DNA of 32,000 nt from Hyperthermus butylicus DSM 5456 (lineage in GTDB: Archaea; Thermoproteota; Thermoprotei_A; Sulfolobales; Pyrodictiaceae): contig NC_008818.1 in assembly GCF_000015145.1 (NCBI RefSeq), positions 660,001-692,000 of the forward strand, given 5' to 3'. Shown piece by piece: positions 19,422-28,802 of this stretch (the stretch's first letter is position 1; each line of letters begins with the position of its first letter). The notes beneath the pieces are model-generated. The model searched no databases. It was not told the origin of the DNA and saw nothing but the letters and a program-made list of their open reading frames with translations. A program made the translations under genes and the position numbers.

Positions 19422-19869
19422 TTGTACGTGGTTGGCACGAGCGTGTATGTTCCGCTGATAATGCTGCTCCGGAGCCGCCTAAGGAAAGTCATGGTGGAGT
19501 ATGAGTTTCACCTGCTAGACCTTACGCTCTACGAGTCCTGCAACGTGTTCTGGAAGGAGTGTGTAAAGCTCCACCGCATAGACCTGGAGACGGCCAGGCA
19601 GAGCTGCCGCCTGGCTGTAGCCCTGGCGAGATACGCTACTCTGCATCAGCTGGCCGAGCTGGATCCAGGCGAGGTAATCGATATAGCTGTAAAAGAAAAA
19701 CATAACGGTGCACGATGCGTCGTACATAGCTCTAGCCAGGCAGCTGGGCGCACCGCTAGCCAGCAACGACCAAGACCTGCTGAGAGCTGCGCCGAGGCAT
19801 GGCGTCAAGGTCTACAGTCTAGAGGAGTTCCTGGAGATCATAAGGGAGCGGGGTAGCTGGAAAGAATAG
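19422..19869 (+). pseudogene. vapC: VapC PIN-domain toxin, frameshifted and lacking the first catalytic Asp
   Basis: TTG-start frame: YVVGTSVYVPLIMLL...FHLLDLTLYESCNVFWKECVKL...ELDPGEVIDIAVKEKHN. The C-terminus continues only in another frame as ITVHDASYIALARQLGAPLASNDQDLLRAAPRHGVKVYSLEEFLEIIRERGSWKE*. Confidence 0.88.
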
Positions 19870-19870
19870 G

Positions 19871-20206
19871 TCAAAAGGATTCCCTGGCACCTACCTGTGT
19901 CCGTGTTGTAGCCTTTCTCGTAGCTGCTTCAGTGGTCTGCTCGCGTTCCTGGCTCAATGCTCCGGCTTTAGCTTGGGTTTCGCTTTCTCCTCGAGCATAT
20001 CCAGAAGAGTTCTGAGCAGGTAGAGTATGTTCTCCAGCAGCCCTTACGACTCTTACCACGTGTTGGTGACTTATACAGAACCCTTGCATACCCGGGTTGA
20101 GTTTTAGTCCTTTCAGTTCAAGATCCTCTTCGGCTCTTCTCAGCTCTCTTACGGCTATGTCTGAGGGGTTGGGTACCACGGAGGCGAACCCTACGGGCTT
20201 AGCCAC
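19871..20206 (-). pseudogene. Amidohydrolase fragment (possible remnant)
   Basis: The N-terminal part GFASVVPNPSDIAVRELRRAEEDLELKGLKLNPGMQGF matches the amidohydrolase-2 segment GFASV.P....AV.EL.RA...L.LKGLKLHP..Q.F. The rest does not look like the family and no metal-ligand N-terminus precedes it. Confidence 0.5.
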
Positions 20207-20281
20207 GGCAGGATAAGGGGTGGCTACAGCTTTTGTTATGGGTAGTCTCCATAGTGTTCTCTCGCGGTTTGTGGTTACTGG

Positions 20282-20725
20282 CTAGCCTTTGGCTATGTGC
20301 TGTAGTACTATTTGGTGTAGTGTTTCCTCGTCTGCTATTCCGGTGAAGCCGTCTACTGGCCTGCACTTCTTGAATATTACTGTTGTTGGTGTGGCCATTA
20401 CGCCTGCTTCGTATGCTGCTTCGGGCGCGTAGTAGACGTCTACTTCTGCGAATACTATTCTCCTGCCTAGCTTCTTGGAGGTTTCTGCTGCGTACCGGTA
20501 GAATATGGGCTTGTACACGCTGCATGCTGGGCATGTCGGGCTGGTGAATATTGCTACTACTAGGGGGTTACGGCATATTATCTCCCTGAACAGCCCGTAG
20601 CTTGTGATGTATGTTACTGGCTCTCTCGCCTCTACAGCCTCTGCGGACTGGCTGACTCTTTGCTGCGCTATTCTCCTGGCCAGATTCTCTAGTATCTCTT
20701 CGAGCTCTCTATCCTCTTCAGCCAT
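20282..20725 (-). CDS. Thioredoxin-fold protein with CPAC motif
   Basis: NPLVVAIFTSPTCPACSVYKPIFYRYAAETSKKLGRRIVFAEVDVYYAPEAAYEAGVMATPTTVIFKK, with thioredoxin active site and cis-Pro TPT. Confidence 0.82.
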   Translation of the reverse strand: MAEEDRELEEILENLARRIAQQRVSQSAEAVEAREPVTYITSYGLFREIICRNPLVVAIFTSPTCPACSVYKPIFYRYAAETSKKLGRRIVFAEVDVYYAPEAAYEAGVMATPTTVIFKKCRPVDGFTGIADEETLHQIVLQHIAKG

Positions 20726-21107
20726 GGCCCTAGCCCCCACTATACTGTGGAAGTTTGGTATTAATAGTCTGAGGTATATTTACTTAATCCTATGCAGCCC
20801 AGCACGACTGGCCCTAGGCTGGTGTAGCCTTCATCGAGAAATTGGAGAGCAAGCAGAGCCTCTAGTAGGGTCTCGAGTAGCCTAGCGCTAGCATAGCCTG
20901 TAAGGCTCCCGTTGCGGCTTGGATAGCGGCTTCTCTAGGGTATGTGTATACAGCCATTTGTAGAGTCCCGAGGCTCATGTAGCTCTAGGGGTGCTAATGG
21001 GTGTTGTGATCCTATGATTTTACCGAGCTAGCTGCCAATGACGCTATTGATGTTGCACGGAGAGTTATATACAAGAATATCCCTGGTGTAGAGATAGCTA
21101 CTAGGCG

Positions 21108-22100
21108 GTGAAGAGGAGGCTTAGTGCCGAGGCCCCCATGGTATCGGTGGGGGCCTGTGGCGTAAAGCGGTCGGCCTCGAGCCCCGCATTGCCTCTCTTG
21201 CCGGAGTCCGGGCCGTGGTGGATGCGGTTGAGAGCCTGCCAGCACAGCGGCGTACTGCTCGTTGGCAGGCTTGCCCGGGAGGCTGCGCCGCCAGTTGTGC
21301 CTGCCAGTGCTATAGGCTCCTGGCACTGGTGCAAGGTGAAGGCATGGCATGCAACCACCCTCTTTAACACTGGCTGGCTGCGCCTGGACAACCTCACAGA
21401 TGAGGCTCTGGATGGCCTCGCGCTGCTCTGGGCAGCGGAGCTGGGCAAGAAGGCTAACCCCCGGATTATAAGGGGCAAGCTTGTGCATGGAGAGCAGCTG
21501 GCTGACGTGATCCTCGAGGCCTCCGAGTACCGCTTAGCAAGGCTGCTCTTGGAGGAGCGTGGCAAGGCGCTGCGCAGGCTACACAGTGATGGGCTCATAC
21601 CCTGCCTCGGCCTCATAGACCCGGAGAGCTTTGAGGAGCAGCTCGCGCGCTACAGGACGGCAAGCGATATCGTCGAGTACTTCCGTAGGGAGGAGTGGCC
21701 CCTCATAGCCCGCAGGCCGTCGCACCGCAGCTACGTGGTGATAGGGGTTCCCGACGAGATAGCCTGGGACGACGGCGGTGTGAAAGTGGTGGAGCTGAAG
21801 ACGACAGGGAAGCCGTGGCTCGTGAAGGCTCGCCGGCAGGGCTACCGGGCAGCACTAGCACAGCTAGCGGCCTACGCCTGGATGCTCGTGGACCGCTGGC
21901 CTCTCGAGACAGCAGAGCTTGTCTTCAAGGACTATGCCGGCAATACCGTGCTCCGGGAGAAGCACGACCCTCTAGAGCTAGCCGAGCTGTTCGAAAAGGA
22001 AATACTCCCAATAGCCGACGAGCTCGCTTCCCAGGAGCCGCCAGGGCAGCCAGCCAGGCCGCCGTGCCAGAGCTGTGAGTACAACACGGTTAGAGGGTAG
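21108..22100 (+). CDS. Stand-alone Cas4/RecB-like PD-(D/E)XK nuclease with putative Fe-S cysteines (start uncertain)
   Basis: ASAIGSWHWCKVKAW, IIRGKLVHGEQLADV, VVIGVPDEIAWDDGGVKVVELKTTGKP...AALAQLAAYAWML...PPCQSCEYNTV: nuclease motifs H, PDE, ELK, QxxxY and the Cys pattern expected for Cas4-like enzymes. Confidence 0.78.
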   Translation: MKRRLSAEAPMVSVGACGVKRSASSPALPLLPESGPWWMRLRACQHSGVLLVGRLAREAAPPVVPASAIGSWHWCKVKAWHATTLFNTGWLRLDNLTDEALDGLALLWAAELGKKANPRIIRGKLVHGEQLADVILEASEYRLARLLLEERGKALRRLHSDGLIPCLGLIDPESFEEQLARYRTASDIVEYFRREEWPLIARRPSHRSYVVIGVPDEIAWDDGGVKVVELKTTGKPWLVKARRQGYRAALAQLAAYAWMLVDRWPLETAELVFKDYAGNTVLREKHDPLELAELFEKEILPIADELASQEPPGQPARPPCQSCEYNTVRG

Positions 22101-22284
22101 GCCTAGCCCGGGCAGCACAGCCGGACGCCATGGGATATCCCGGAGCATAGCCTCCTTGTTATACTCCTAGTATACCGGTTAGGCGTCTCGTTTGTTGAGT
22201 AGGCTCCACATGTGACACCTCTCCTGCGCTAGACGGGGCTCCACATAAACGCTATACGGGTGCAATAGCGCTAGCCTCCTCCTG

Positions 22285-23598
22285 GTGGCCTGGGTGGGCG
22301 AGGAGCTGGACACGATTCTCCAGGCGCTTTCCCATCCGACGCGGCGCTGTATAGTAAGGGTTCTTGGCGAGAAGGAGGAGGCAAGCTATGCCGAGCTGAT
22401 GCAGGAGTGTGGCGTAAATGATTCGGGCACGTTTGCCTTCCACCTGCGCAGGCTGCAGGGCATCGTGGAGAAAATGGGGGAGGGCAGCTACAGGCTAACA
22501 GGTCTTGGCCGTAGAGCGTACGAGGTTCTCTTGGCATTAATGGGTGAGGGCCGGCTTTCAACACGTGAACAGGGTGGATGGGACGGGATAGTGTATGGTG
22601 GTAGCTACGAGCTGTGGCTCACGGGGAGGCATCTGGACTACGCGGAGTCCAAGCACGCAAGGATAGTTATACGTGATGTTGACAAGCTGGTCATAGCAAG
22701 TGATGTTGAGCCGGAGAGGTTTGACAAGCTCGTGGAGTCTATAGAGGATGTGGATACTATTATTGCGCCGCGGAAGCTTGCCCCCATGCTGGAGGCTAAG
22801 GCTAGGGACTACGAGGAGATACGCTACTATGATGGTTTGGAGCCCCCGGTGCGTCGTGGTTTCCTGGAGAAGCTCGCGGGGATAGCGTCGTGGCTCCAAG
22901 CGCCTAAGCGTACAGTGCTACTCCTGGAGGAGAGTGTAGATCCCGGTGATGCTGAGGAACTGCGCCTAGAAGCTAGGGGCTGCGCCGTCAAGGTTCAGTC
23001 TAGCGCTGGTGATAAGCTTGTGGTGAGGCTCTACGGTAGGCGTGGCAGCAAAGCACAGACTGTAGTATCTAGGAAGGGTGGCGCGGTGCTTGTCTCATGC
23101 CCAGAGGGAGTTAGGGATGCGAGGCTCGAGATAGACGTGCCACCCAGCTGGAGGCCGCGCCTCACCATAGAGGCGAAGGCAGCAGCTGTGAAGGCCCATG
23201 GGCTTGCCGTGGCAGGGCTCGAGGCCTCGTGTAGCGCATCGGCCCTCAGCGCTGATGTCGAGATAGCTCCATCGTCTAGCCAGCCCGTACTAAAGCTAAT
23301 CGGCAAGGCGACATCGGCTAGTGTGAAGGCCAGGTTTGAGCCGTGGCGGGGTGAGGCCCTAGCGGAGATCGATGCTAGCGCTTCGGCGGTGAGGCTTGAG
23401 GCGAGCCTGCCGCGGGGCACTGCCATTAGCTTGGAGCCGACCAGGCTCGACTACTCGTCGGCTGTGAAGCTCGTGGCTGACGGCAGGACTGTGCGGGGGG
23501 CGCTGGGATACCGGGAGGAGGATGGTGAGAGGAGGCTGAGGATACGATTGTCGGGCTCGGCGAGCGCTGTGAAGATAGTGTTGAACCGTGCCGGGTAG
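22285..23598 (+). CDS. ArsR-like winged-helix domain fused to a DUF4097-like repetitive beta region
   Basis: N-terminus LDTILQALSHPTRRCIVRVLGEKEEASYAELMQECGVNDSGTFAFHLRRLQGIVEKMGEGSYRLTGLGRRAYEVL. C-terminal half is rich in alternating beta-type S/A/V motifs: LAVAGLEASCSASALSADVEIAPSSSQPVLKLIGKATSASVKARFE... Confidence 0.7.
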   Translation: MAWVGEELDTILQALSHPTRRCIVRVLGEKEEASYAELMQECGVNDSGTFAFHLRRLQGIVEKMGEGSYRLTGLGRRAYEVLLALMGEGRLSTREQGGWDGIVYGGSYELWLTGRHLDYAESKHARIVIRDVDKLVIASDVEPERFDKLVESIEDVDTIIAPRKLAPMLEAKARDYEEIRYYDGLEPPVRRGFLEKLAGIASWLQAPKRTVLLLEESVDPGDAEELRLEARGCAVKVQSSAGDKLVVRLYGRRGSKAQTVVSRKGGAVLVSCPEGVRDARLEIDVPPSWRPRLTIEAKAAAVKAHGLAVAGLEASCSASALSADVEIAPSSSQPVLKLIGKATSASVKARFEPWRGEALAEIDASASAVRLEASLPRGTAISLEPTRLDYSSAVKLVADGRTVRGALGYREEDGERRLRIRLSGSASAVKIVLNRAG

Positions 23599-23650
23599 TA
23601 GTGCTTATCAAGCCCCGGCGGGCCGGGGCCTCTAACCAATCCTGGGCAGC

Positions 23651-24241
23651 GTGGCGGACCGGCTACTCATAGTGTTCGAGGGCGGGCCCGGGATAGGGAA
23701 GACCACTCTATCCAGGCTCCTCGCCGAGCTCCTCGAAAGGCGTGGCCGTAAAACCTGTGTAGTCTGGGATGCCGTCCGGGGCATAGCACCCGTCCTATCC
23801 AGGCTCTTCGGGGAGTGGTACCGTGCGCCGCGAGAGCTGATAGAGTACATGTTTCTTGGCTACCAGCTCCGCCGGCTCCACGAGTGCGTCGAGGCTGACA
23901 CGGACACGGTGATACTCGACTACGGTGTCGAAGCACCGCTAGCATATATGGAGGCCGACGGGGTACCCTACCCTAAGGAGCTCGAAGAGCTCGCCGAGGC
24001 GGTACTCTCGGGGTGGAGGGTGGTCGTATTCATTCTTGAGCAGCCGGTAGCCTATAGCACCGATGTGGTACGGTGGGAGGATCCCCGGAGGGCCCAAGGC
24101 TACGCGAGAAGGCTCATAGCACGAGCGCTAAGCCTCGTGGAGAGGCTCGGAGCCGTCGCCTACGTGCTACCCGAAAAGCCAAGCGTTGAGGAGCGGGCCT
24201 TGCTGGCGCCTAAAAATGCTCGAGCTAGGAGGATATCTTGA
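23651..24241 (+). CDS. P-loop kinase-like (thymidylate kinase-like) protein
   Basis: RLLIVFEGGPGIGKTTLSRLLAELLERRGRKT (Walker A), then TVILDYGVEAPLAYM and a lid-like R-rich region. Confidence 0.65.
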   Translation: MADRLLIVFEGGPGIGKTTLSRLLAELLERRGRKTCVVWDAVRGIAPVLSRLFGEWYRAPRELIEYMFLGYQLRRLHECVEADTDTVILDYGVEAPLAYMEADGVPYPKELEELAEAVLSGWRVVVFILEQPVAYSTDVVRWEDPRRAQGYARRLIARALSLVERLGAVAYVLPEKPSVEERALLAPKNARARRIS

Positions 24242-24779
24242 CGACGCCCTTAACGCTGCAGACGTGGAGGATGCCGGTGTTGGAGTCTAGCGCTCTAAGC
24301 TCAACAACAACCGGCACCTCCTGGGCGTGGAGAAGTTCGTCCGGCAGCTGCACAGCTATAATGCTGGTTGTGGGCGGTGGCAGTACCTGGATACACACGG
24401 CATGCGGCGGTGGCGACATATAGTTGGCCTCAACCGCCACGACAAGCGTATCGTTCACCCAGCGCGGCCAAGCACTGAGCTTGTTCAGGCTGTAGCAGGG
24501 GTTGGGCAGCCCAACAGAGTAGTGTATGAGGATAGTATCGTTACTAGCCACCGTAACGCCAGCGCTTAGCGTCATCGCGCCAGCCCTGCAGAGCCCTAGA
24601 TGCTCCCCCGCAACCGGCACCACAGTGATGTTATCGACCGGCATGGGCTCGGTGCCTATCCAACCAGGTCCAGGCATGTGCCCCGGCACGCTGATAGACA
24701 CGCTCCACATCATAGCAAGCATGAATACCAATAGCAACAGTATGGTAAGCCAGTCCATAAGCCCGCGCAAAAACAGCAC
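24225..24779 (-). CDS. Membrane-anchored extracytoplasmic hypothetical protein
   Basis: MDWLTILLLLVFMLAMMWSVSISV signal/TM followed by a V/T/P-rich region with paired Cys. Overlaps the 3' end of the convergent kinase-like gene. Confidence 0.5.
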   Translation of the reverse strand: MLFLRGLMDWLTILLLLVFMLAMMWSVSISVPGHMPGPGWIGTEPMPVDNITVVPVAGEHLGLCRAGAMTLSAGVTVASNDTILIHYSVGLPNPCYSLNKLSAWPRWVNDTLVVAVEANYMSPPPHAVCIQVLPPPTTSIIAVQLPDELLHAQEVPVVVELRALDSNTGILHVCSVKGVVKISS

Positions 24780-24871
24780 ACCTCCGGAAGGAGAGCAAGC
24801 CTGTACACCCTATTAGGGCGACTCCTTCAAAAAACCGTGCGGGACAATCCTATACAGTGGTGAGCTAGGAT

Positions 24872-25789
24872 TTGAAGGTGTTCATAGCGGGCATCGACGG
24901 GCTTGAATACGAGCTGGTCGTAAGGTGGAGGCTTCGCGGCCTAATGCAGCGCTACTATGGGAGGCACGATGTAACAGTCGCTGTGAGACCTGGTGAGCCC
25001 CTCTACACCCCGTTTATCTGGGCCTCATTCCTCCTCGGCAGGCCCAGCTACGAGCTAGGATTCTCCTATTCGAGGCAGAGGGTTGAGAGGGACGCCCAGG
25101 CCTACCCGCCGCTACTAAGGCTGTTCTACAAGCTGAGGGTTCGCCTCCTAGGCTACCGCAGCCTCGGCATCAGAAGGCTCCTCGTGAAGCTGGGGCTATA
25201 CAGCTTCGAGAGAGCTGGGGCAGCCGCAGAGAAGTACGAGACTATGCCCGGTGAGCTTGTTGAGCACACTTTCGTGGCGAAAGCGGAGAAGATGGGGTAC
25301 AGAGTCTGGTTCAAGGAGTTCCCCTCCCTCAGAGACCCAACCTTTGCGCAGCACCGCGTTGGGCTGACGAAACTGTTCGATGCAGACTACGGGGAGAGGA
25401 TAAGGTTCCTCTACGACATGCTCGATAGGGCTGAGAAAGATTTCCACGAGGCCGCTAGGATGCTCGACGAGTACGACCTGGTACTCTACTACACCTCGGT
25501 AATCGACGAGGCCCACCACCTCATCTATAGGCCTGACAGCCTTAAGCTCATGACTGTGCTCCGGAGCATCTACGGCAGGGTGGAGAAGATGATAGCGGAG
25601 CTGGCGGGCAAGAAAGGTGGGCGGGTAGCCATACTCGTTGTGAGCGACCATGGCTACGATTCAAGACTGCATGAGCACAGCCCATACGGCTACTGGAGCC
25701 TCAACGTAGAGCCTCCACGGAGGCCGGAAAAAGTGACAGACTTCCACGACATAGTACTGGAGCTACTAGAGAAGCCACCAAAGGGCTGA
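24872..25789 (+). CDS. Type I phosphodiesterase/nucleotide pyrophosphatase-like (alkaline phosphatase superfamily)
   Basis: MKVFIAGIDGLEYELV...YTPFIWASFLLG...YYTSVIDEAHHLIYR...KGGRVAILVVSDHGYDSRLHEHSPYGYWSL. Confidence 0.85.
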   Translation: MKVFIAGIDGLEYELVVRWRLRGLMQRYYGRHDVTVAVRPGEPLYTPFIWASFLLGRPSYELGFSYSRQRVERDAQAYPPLLRLFYKLRVRLLGYRSLGIRRLLVKLGLYSFERAGAAAEKYETMPGELVEHTFVAKAEKMGYRVWFKEFPSLRDPTFAQHRVGLTKLFDADYGERIRFLYDMLDRAEKDFHEAARMLDEYDLVLYYTSVIDEAHHLIYRPDSLKLMTVLRSIYGRVEKMIAELAGKKGGRVAILVVSDHGYDSRLHEHSPYGYWSLNVEPPRRPEKVTDFHDIVLELLEKPPKG

Positions 25790-26067
25790 TGAGCTGGGCT
25801 GGAGGCGGCACGGAGAGTGTGTAGCACCAGCTTAAGGCTTATCCTCCAGCCCTGGGTATCCAGTATACCGGCTGTGATGATCGCGCCGGAAGCGAACCCC
25901 GGACCGAGGCGCCGAGGAGGGGCGCTGATGGCGTAAGCCGGGTTGGCTGAAGCCCCAGCCCAGCCACTCCGCATTGTCTAGCGTGGAGGGAGAACTGTCC
26001 GTCGGGTTGTAGGTTGTGGCTGCCTCCCATAGGGCGTAGCGTTTAGGCCGCAGCGTCCATGTTCCCT

Positions 26068-26646
26068 CTATGTTCTGCGCCGCCAGCCCCAGCCGGTGGG
26101 TGTTAGCGGCTGGCCACAGACGTCCTCGACGTGTATCGCCCCGGCTTCTAGGCCGTCGCGGAGCTGCCGGAGGTACCGTAGCCACGGCGAAACCTGGGCG
26201 TAGCCCATTACGGGTATGAGGGCTGCCATTACTGCCACGGCGAGGAGTGGGAGTAGGAAGAAGCCGCCAAAGGGCACGTTGATCCACGCCAGTGCTGCGA
26301 GCGAAAACGCTATAACAGCAGCCGATACAGCCACCTGGATGAAAATCGTCCTCTTCGCGGCCGCGATGGCCGCGTCGAGAGCAGCTATAGCTGCTTCACG
26401 GTCGCAGGGCAAGACGAGGATGAACCCTCCAGGGCCAACCCAGGGGGCAAGCCACCCAGCCCCACATGGAACGCTACAGCAGCACGGGGAGCCAGCTACA
26501 ACCATATACCTGCACCAGCTCCTCCCAGTAAAAAGGACGGGGCCCACCCCCGGGTCAAGCATAGACCCGGCATGCAGGGGAGGTTGCCGGGAAGGTTGTC
26601 GCAGCGCGACCTCGAGGAGAGGCTGCTGAGCTACCTGCGGGAGCAC
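26068..26646 (-). CDS. Hypothetical membrane protein (start uncertain)
   Basis: Hydrophobic hairpin IFIQVAVSAAVIAFSLAALAWINVPFGGFFLLPLLAVAVMAALIPVMGYAQ. The N-terminal part is low in complexity and may be over-extended. Confidence 0.4.
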   Translation of the reverse strand: MLPQVAQQPLLEVALRQPSRQPPLHAGSMLDPGVGPVLFTGRSWCRYMVVAGSPCCCSVPCGAGWLAPWVGPGGFILVLPCDREAAIAALDAAIAAAKRTIFIQVAVSAAVIAFSLAALAWINVPFGGFFLLPLLAVAVMAALIPVMGYAQVSPWLRYLRQLRDGLEAGAIHVEDVCGQPLTPTGWGWRRRT

Positions 26647-26946
26647 CCCGGCAGCAGTCCGAGAGAGATCGCCGACGCGCTCGGCGAACCCCTACAGCGC
26701 GTGAGGGCGGCGCTGGCCAGGCTCCGCAACCGGGGCCTCGTAGCCCGGGGCGAGGAGGGCCACTACTATGTAGTGGCACCCGCGGTCCGCGGCCTCTCGA
26801 GACGAGAGGTTAGGAGGCCCGTCTCAACAACGCTCCACGGAGACCTAGACGCGCTGGTCGAGGCTATAGAGGACCTGCGGCGCCGCATAGAAGAGCTTGA
26901 GGAACGGGTGGCTAGGCTGGAGGAAAGATGCCAGTGCAAGGGCTAG
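26572..26946 (+). CDS. Winged-helix protein with C-terminal coiled coil
   Basis: EERLLSYLREHPGSSPREIADALGEPLQRVRAALARLRNRGLVARGEEGHYYVV, then LVEAIEDLRRRIEELEERVARLEERCQCKG. Confidence 0.7.
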   Translation: MQGRLPGRLSQRDLEERLLSYLREHPGSSPREIADALGEPLQRVRAALARLRNRGLVARGEEGHYYVVAPAVRGLSRREVRRPVSTTLHGDLDALVEAIEDLRRRIEELEERVARLEERCQCKG

Positions 26947-27214
26947 GCCGTGGAGGACTATACCTCCCAGTGCCCCTGGTATTACGTGTCTACGAGATAA
27001 GGGAGCCCTGGCCTAAACCCCGATTCTAGCCTGTATCGCTCAGCTGTTCCTGTCTCTCGAGAGGGGCTAGTCTACCTGTTCGCCGCGAATCTCCACGCCG
27101 AGCTGCTCCTCCAGCCCTCCATGGCTTTGGGGCATGGTTTTCTCCAGCTCTATCGTCTTAGAGGATAGGTCTATTGTTATGCGGTGCTACTAGCCCCTTA
27201 CTACTCCGCGGAAA

Positions 27215-28015
27215 CTATACAACGACCTTGCCTCCATCTACCCTGACGTCGGGCGATCTGAGGTCTACTATCTCCTCGGATTCCACCCTAAACATGTAGG
27301 CTATCGCGCTAGCTGCCTCATCGTCGATTGTGAATGTTCTAGCTACCCTTTCTACCGGAATGCTGCTTGTCAGGTTGTACTCCTCAAGGGCTACATAGAG
27401 AACGTTGCCTCTCAGCGTTATGTTCAGGAGGAACGAGTAGACGCTGGGGAAGCAGTACACCCAGTAGAGGATAAAGGGGGTACTATTATCGAGCCTGCCG
27501 CCCCACCAGCAGTATAGTCCTAGGCGATCCCCACAGCGGCAGCCTCCTCCCCCTCCCCCGTGGAGGAGTCCCCGGCTCCGGAGCTCATCGATTTCTGCGG
27601 GCGGAGCTATGCGGACTCCAATCTCAACATCCAACGTCTTAGCATCGACCACGTAGAGGAGCGGTGTGTAAAACACTCTAGAGCCGGGTTCCAGCTGCTA
27701 GGCCCAGATGTACAGTGTGTCGTCAACCATTACACATCTATACGTAACTATTCCGCTGGTGCCGAGGCCCCTACGGGCTAGGAGGCCCCCATTGCTTGTC
27801 CTTCTAGCTTCAACAATCAGCTCCCCGGGGCTGTCGCCAGCCCAGCGGTCATATACCATGTAGAGCTTCCCATCCACCACGCCGCAAGGACTAGCATCTG
27901 CATGGCCGAGGCTTATGCTTCAATCTTCCCTGAACCCTGTGTAGAGAAATGCGGCCACGGAGTAGATGAGCAGGAGGAGGAAAGCTAGCACCACCGCCCT
28001 AGGCCAGCTCAGCAT
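27215..28015 (-). pseudogene. Secreted or membrane-anchored protein interrupted by in-frame TGA and TAG
   Basis: One frame runs from ATG 28015: MLSWPRAVVLAFLLLLIYSVAAFLYTGFRED*SISLGHADASPCGVVDGKLYMVYDRWAGDSPGELIVEARRTSNGGLLARRGLGTSGIVTYRCVMVDDTLYIWA*QLEPGSRVFYTPLLYVVDAKTLDVEIGVRIAPPAEIDELRSR... Confidence 0.7.
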
Positions 28016-28355
28016 AATACACTTTAGAGCCTCCCTCACACCATGCATCCACGACACATACATGCACCATGCTACAGCTTCTTTGACAGCCTAAACCCTC
28101 CCCACGGTAGATCCATCCTCCAAGGTTAAGGCCTGTGCGTATAACGTGCCGCAGGAAGGATATTTCTCAGCACAGCATTTACAAGCTAGTGTAACAGCAC
28201 AACATGCAGAGTACGCATCATACATACCTTTTCCAGAGCCGATGCATAATGCTCCTGGCGACACGGTCTACCGCCAACTGTGTTGGGGGCTTCCGCTGAC
28301 GTGGCTCTGATTCCCGGTCGAGGCGGCACTATTATCTGGAATCACTATTCGTGTA

Positions 28356-28402
28356 GCAACAACTCAAAGAGAATTGTAAGAGAATTGTAAAGGTATAGTA
28401 GG
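28356..28402. repeat. CRISPR-repeat-like motif with tandem AGAGAATTGTAA
   Basis: GCAACAACTCAAAGAGAATTGTAAGAGAATTGTAAAGGTATAGTAGG. CTCAAAGAG palindrome and a TTGTAAG tail resemble 24-26 nt crenarchaeal CRISPR repeats. A near match lies at 30718-30743. Confidence 0.35.
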
Positions 28403-28802
28403 CTATGCACGGTGGGTTCTGTTGCCCACTATACCTCCACCTTTATGGCTATATTTGTTATGTCCCTCTCCAGTGTGCTCATCCTTGGAGTGGTGGAGTT
28501 TTGTTAGAACATGTGCGCATGAAAATGAATAGAGTTGCATGAAACTCTAAAAGACTTAATATACCATTACTATGCCATGGTTATTACGAAGGAATAGAAT
28601 GAGAAATTGGAAGATAACGGTGTGCCACTAAGGTAGGCGTTTGAGGAGTATCACGCTGATGATTCAAAATTGGAAGTTGAAAGCTAAAAGATTGTAGAAA
28701 CAGCATAAAAGTTCTATATAACTGATGGGTATGCAATAGGTGTTGAAAAGAGTGATGAGTTTTATGTACTCTGGTATAGCGTGTTAGACGTCTTGCTGTA
28801 TT

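Noticed and set aside
22558-23850. Several minus-strand ORFs (22558..22899, 23031..23426, 23632..23850) within the HTH-DUF4097 and kinase genes
   Set aside because: Antisense shadow ORFs in high-GC coding sequence; the plus-strand frames carry recognisable domains.
26947-27214. Protein-like segment THRITIDLSSKTIELEKTMPQSHGGLEEQLGVEIRGEQVD on the minus strand just past the secreted-protein ORF
   Set aside because: It could be a further frameshifted tail of the 27215-28015 gene, but it cannot be tied to a family or confirmed from this sequence alone.
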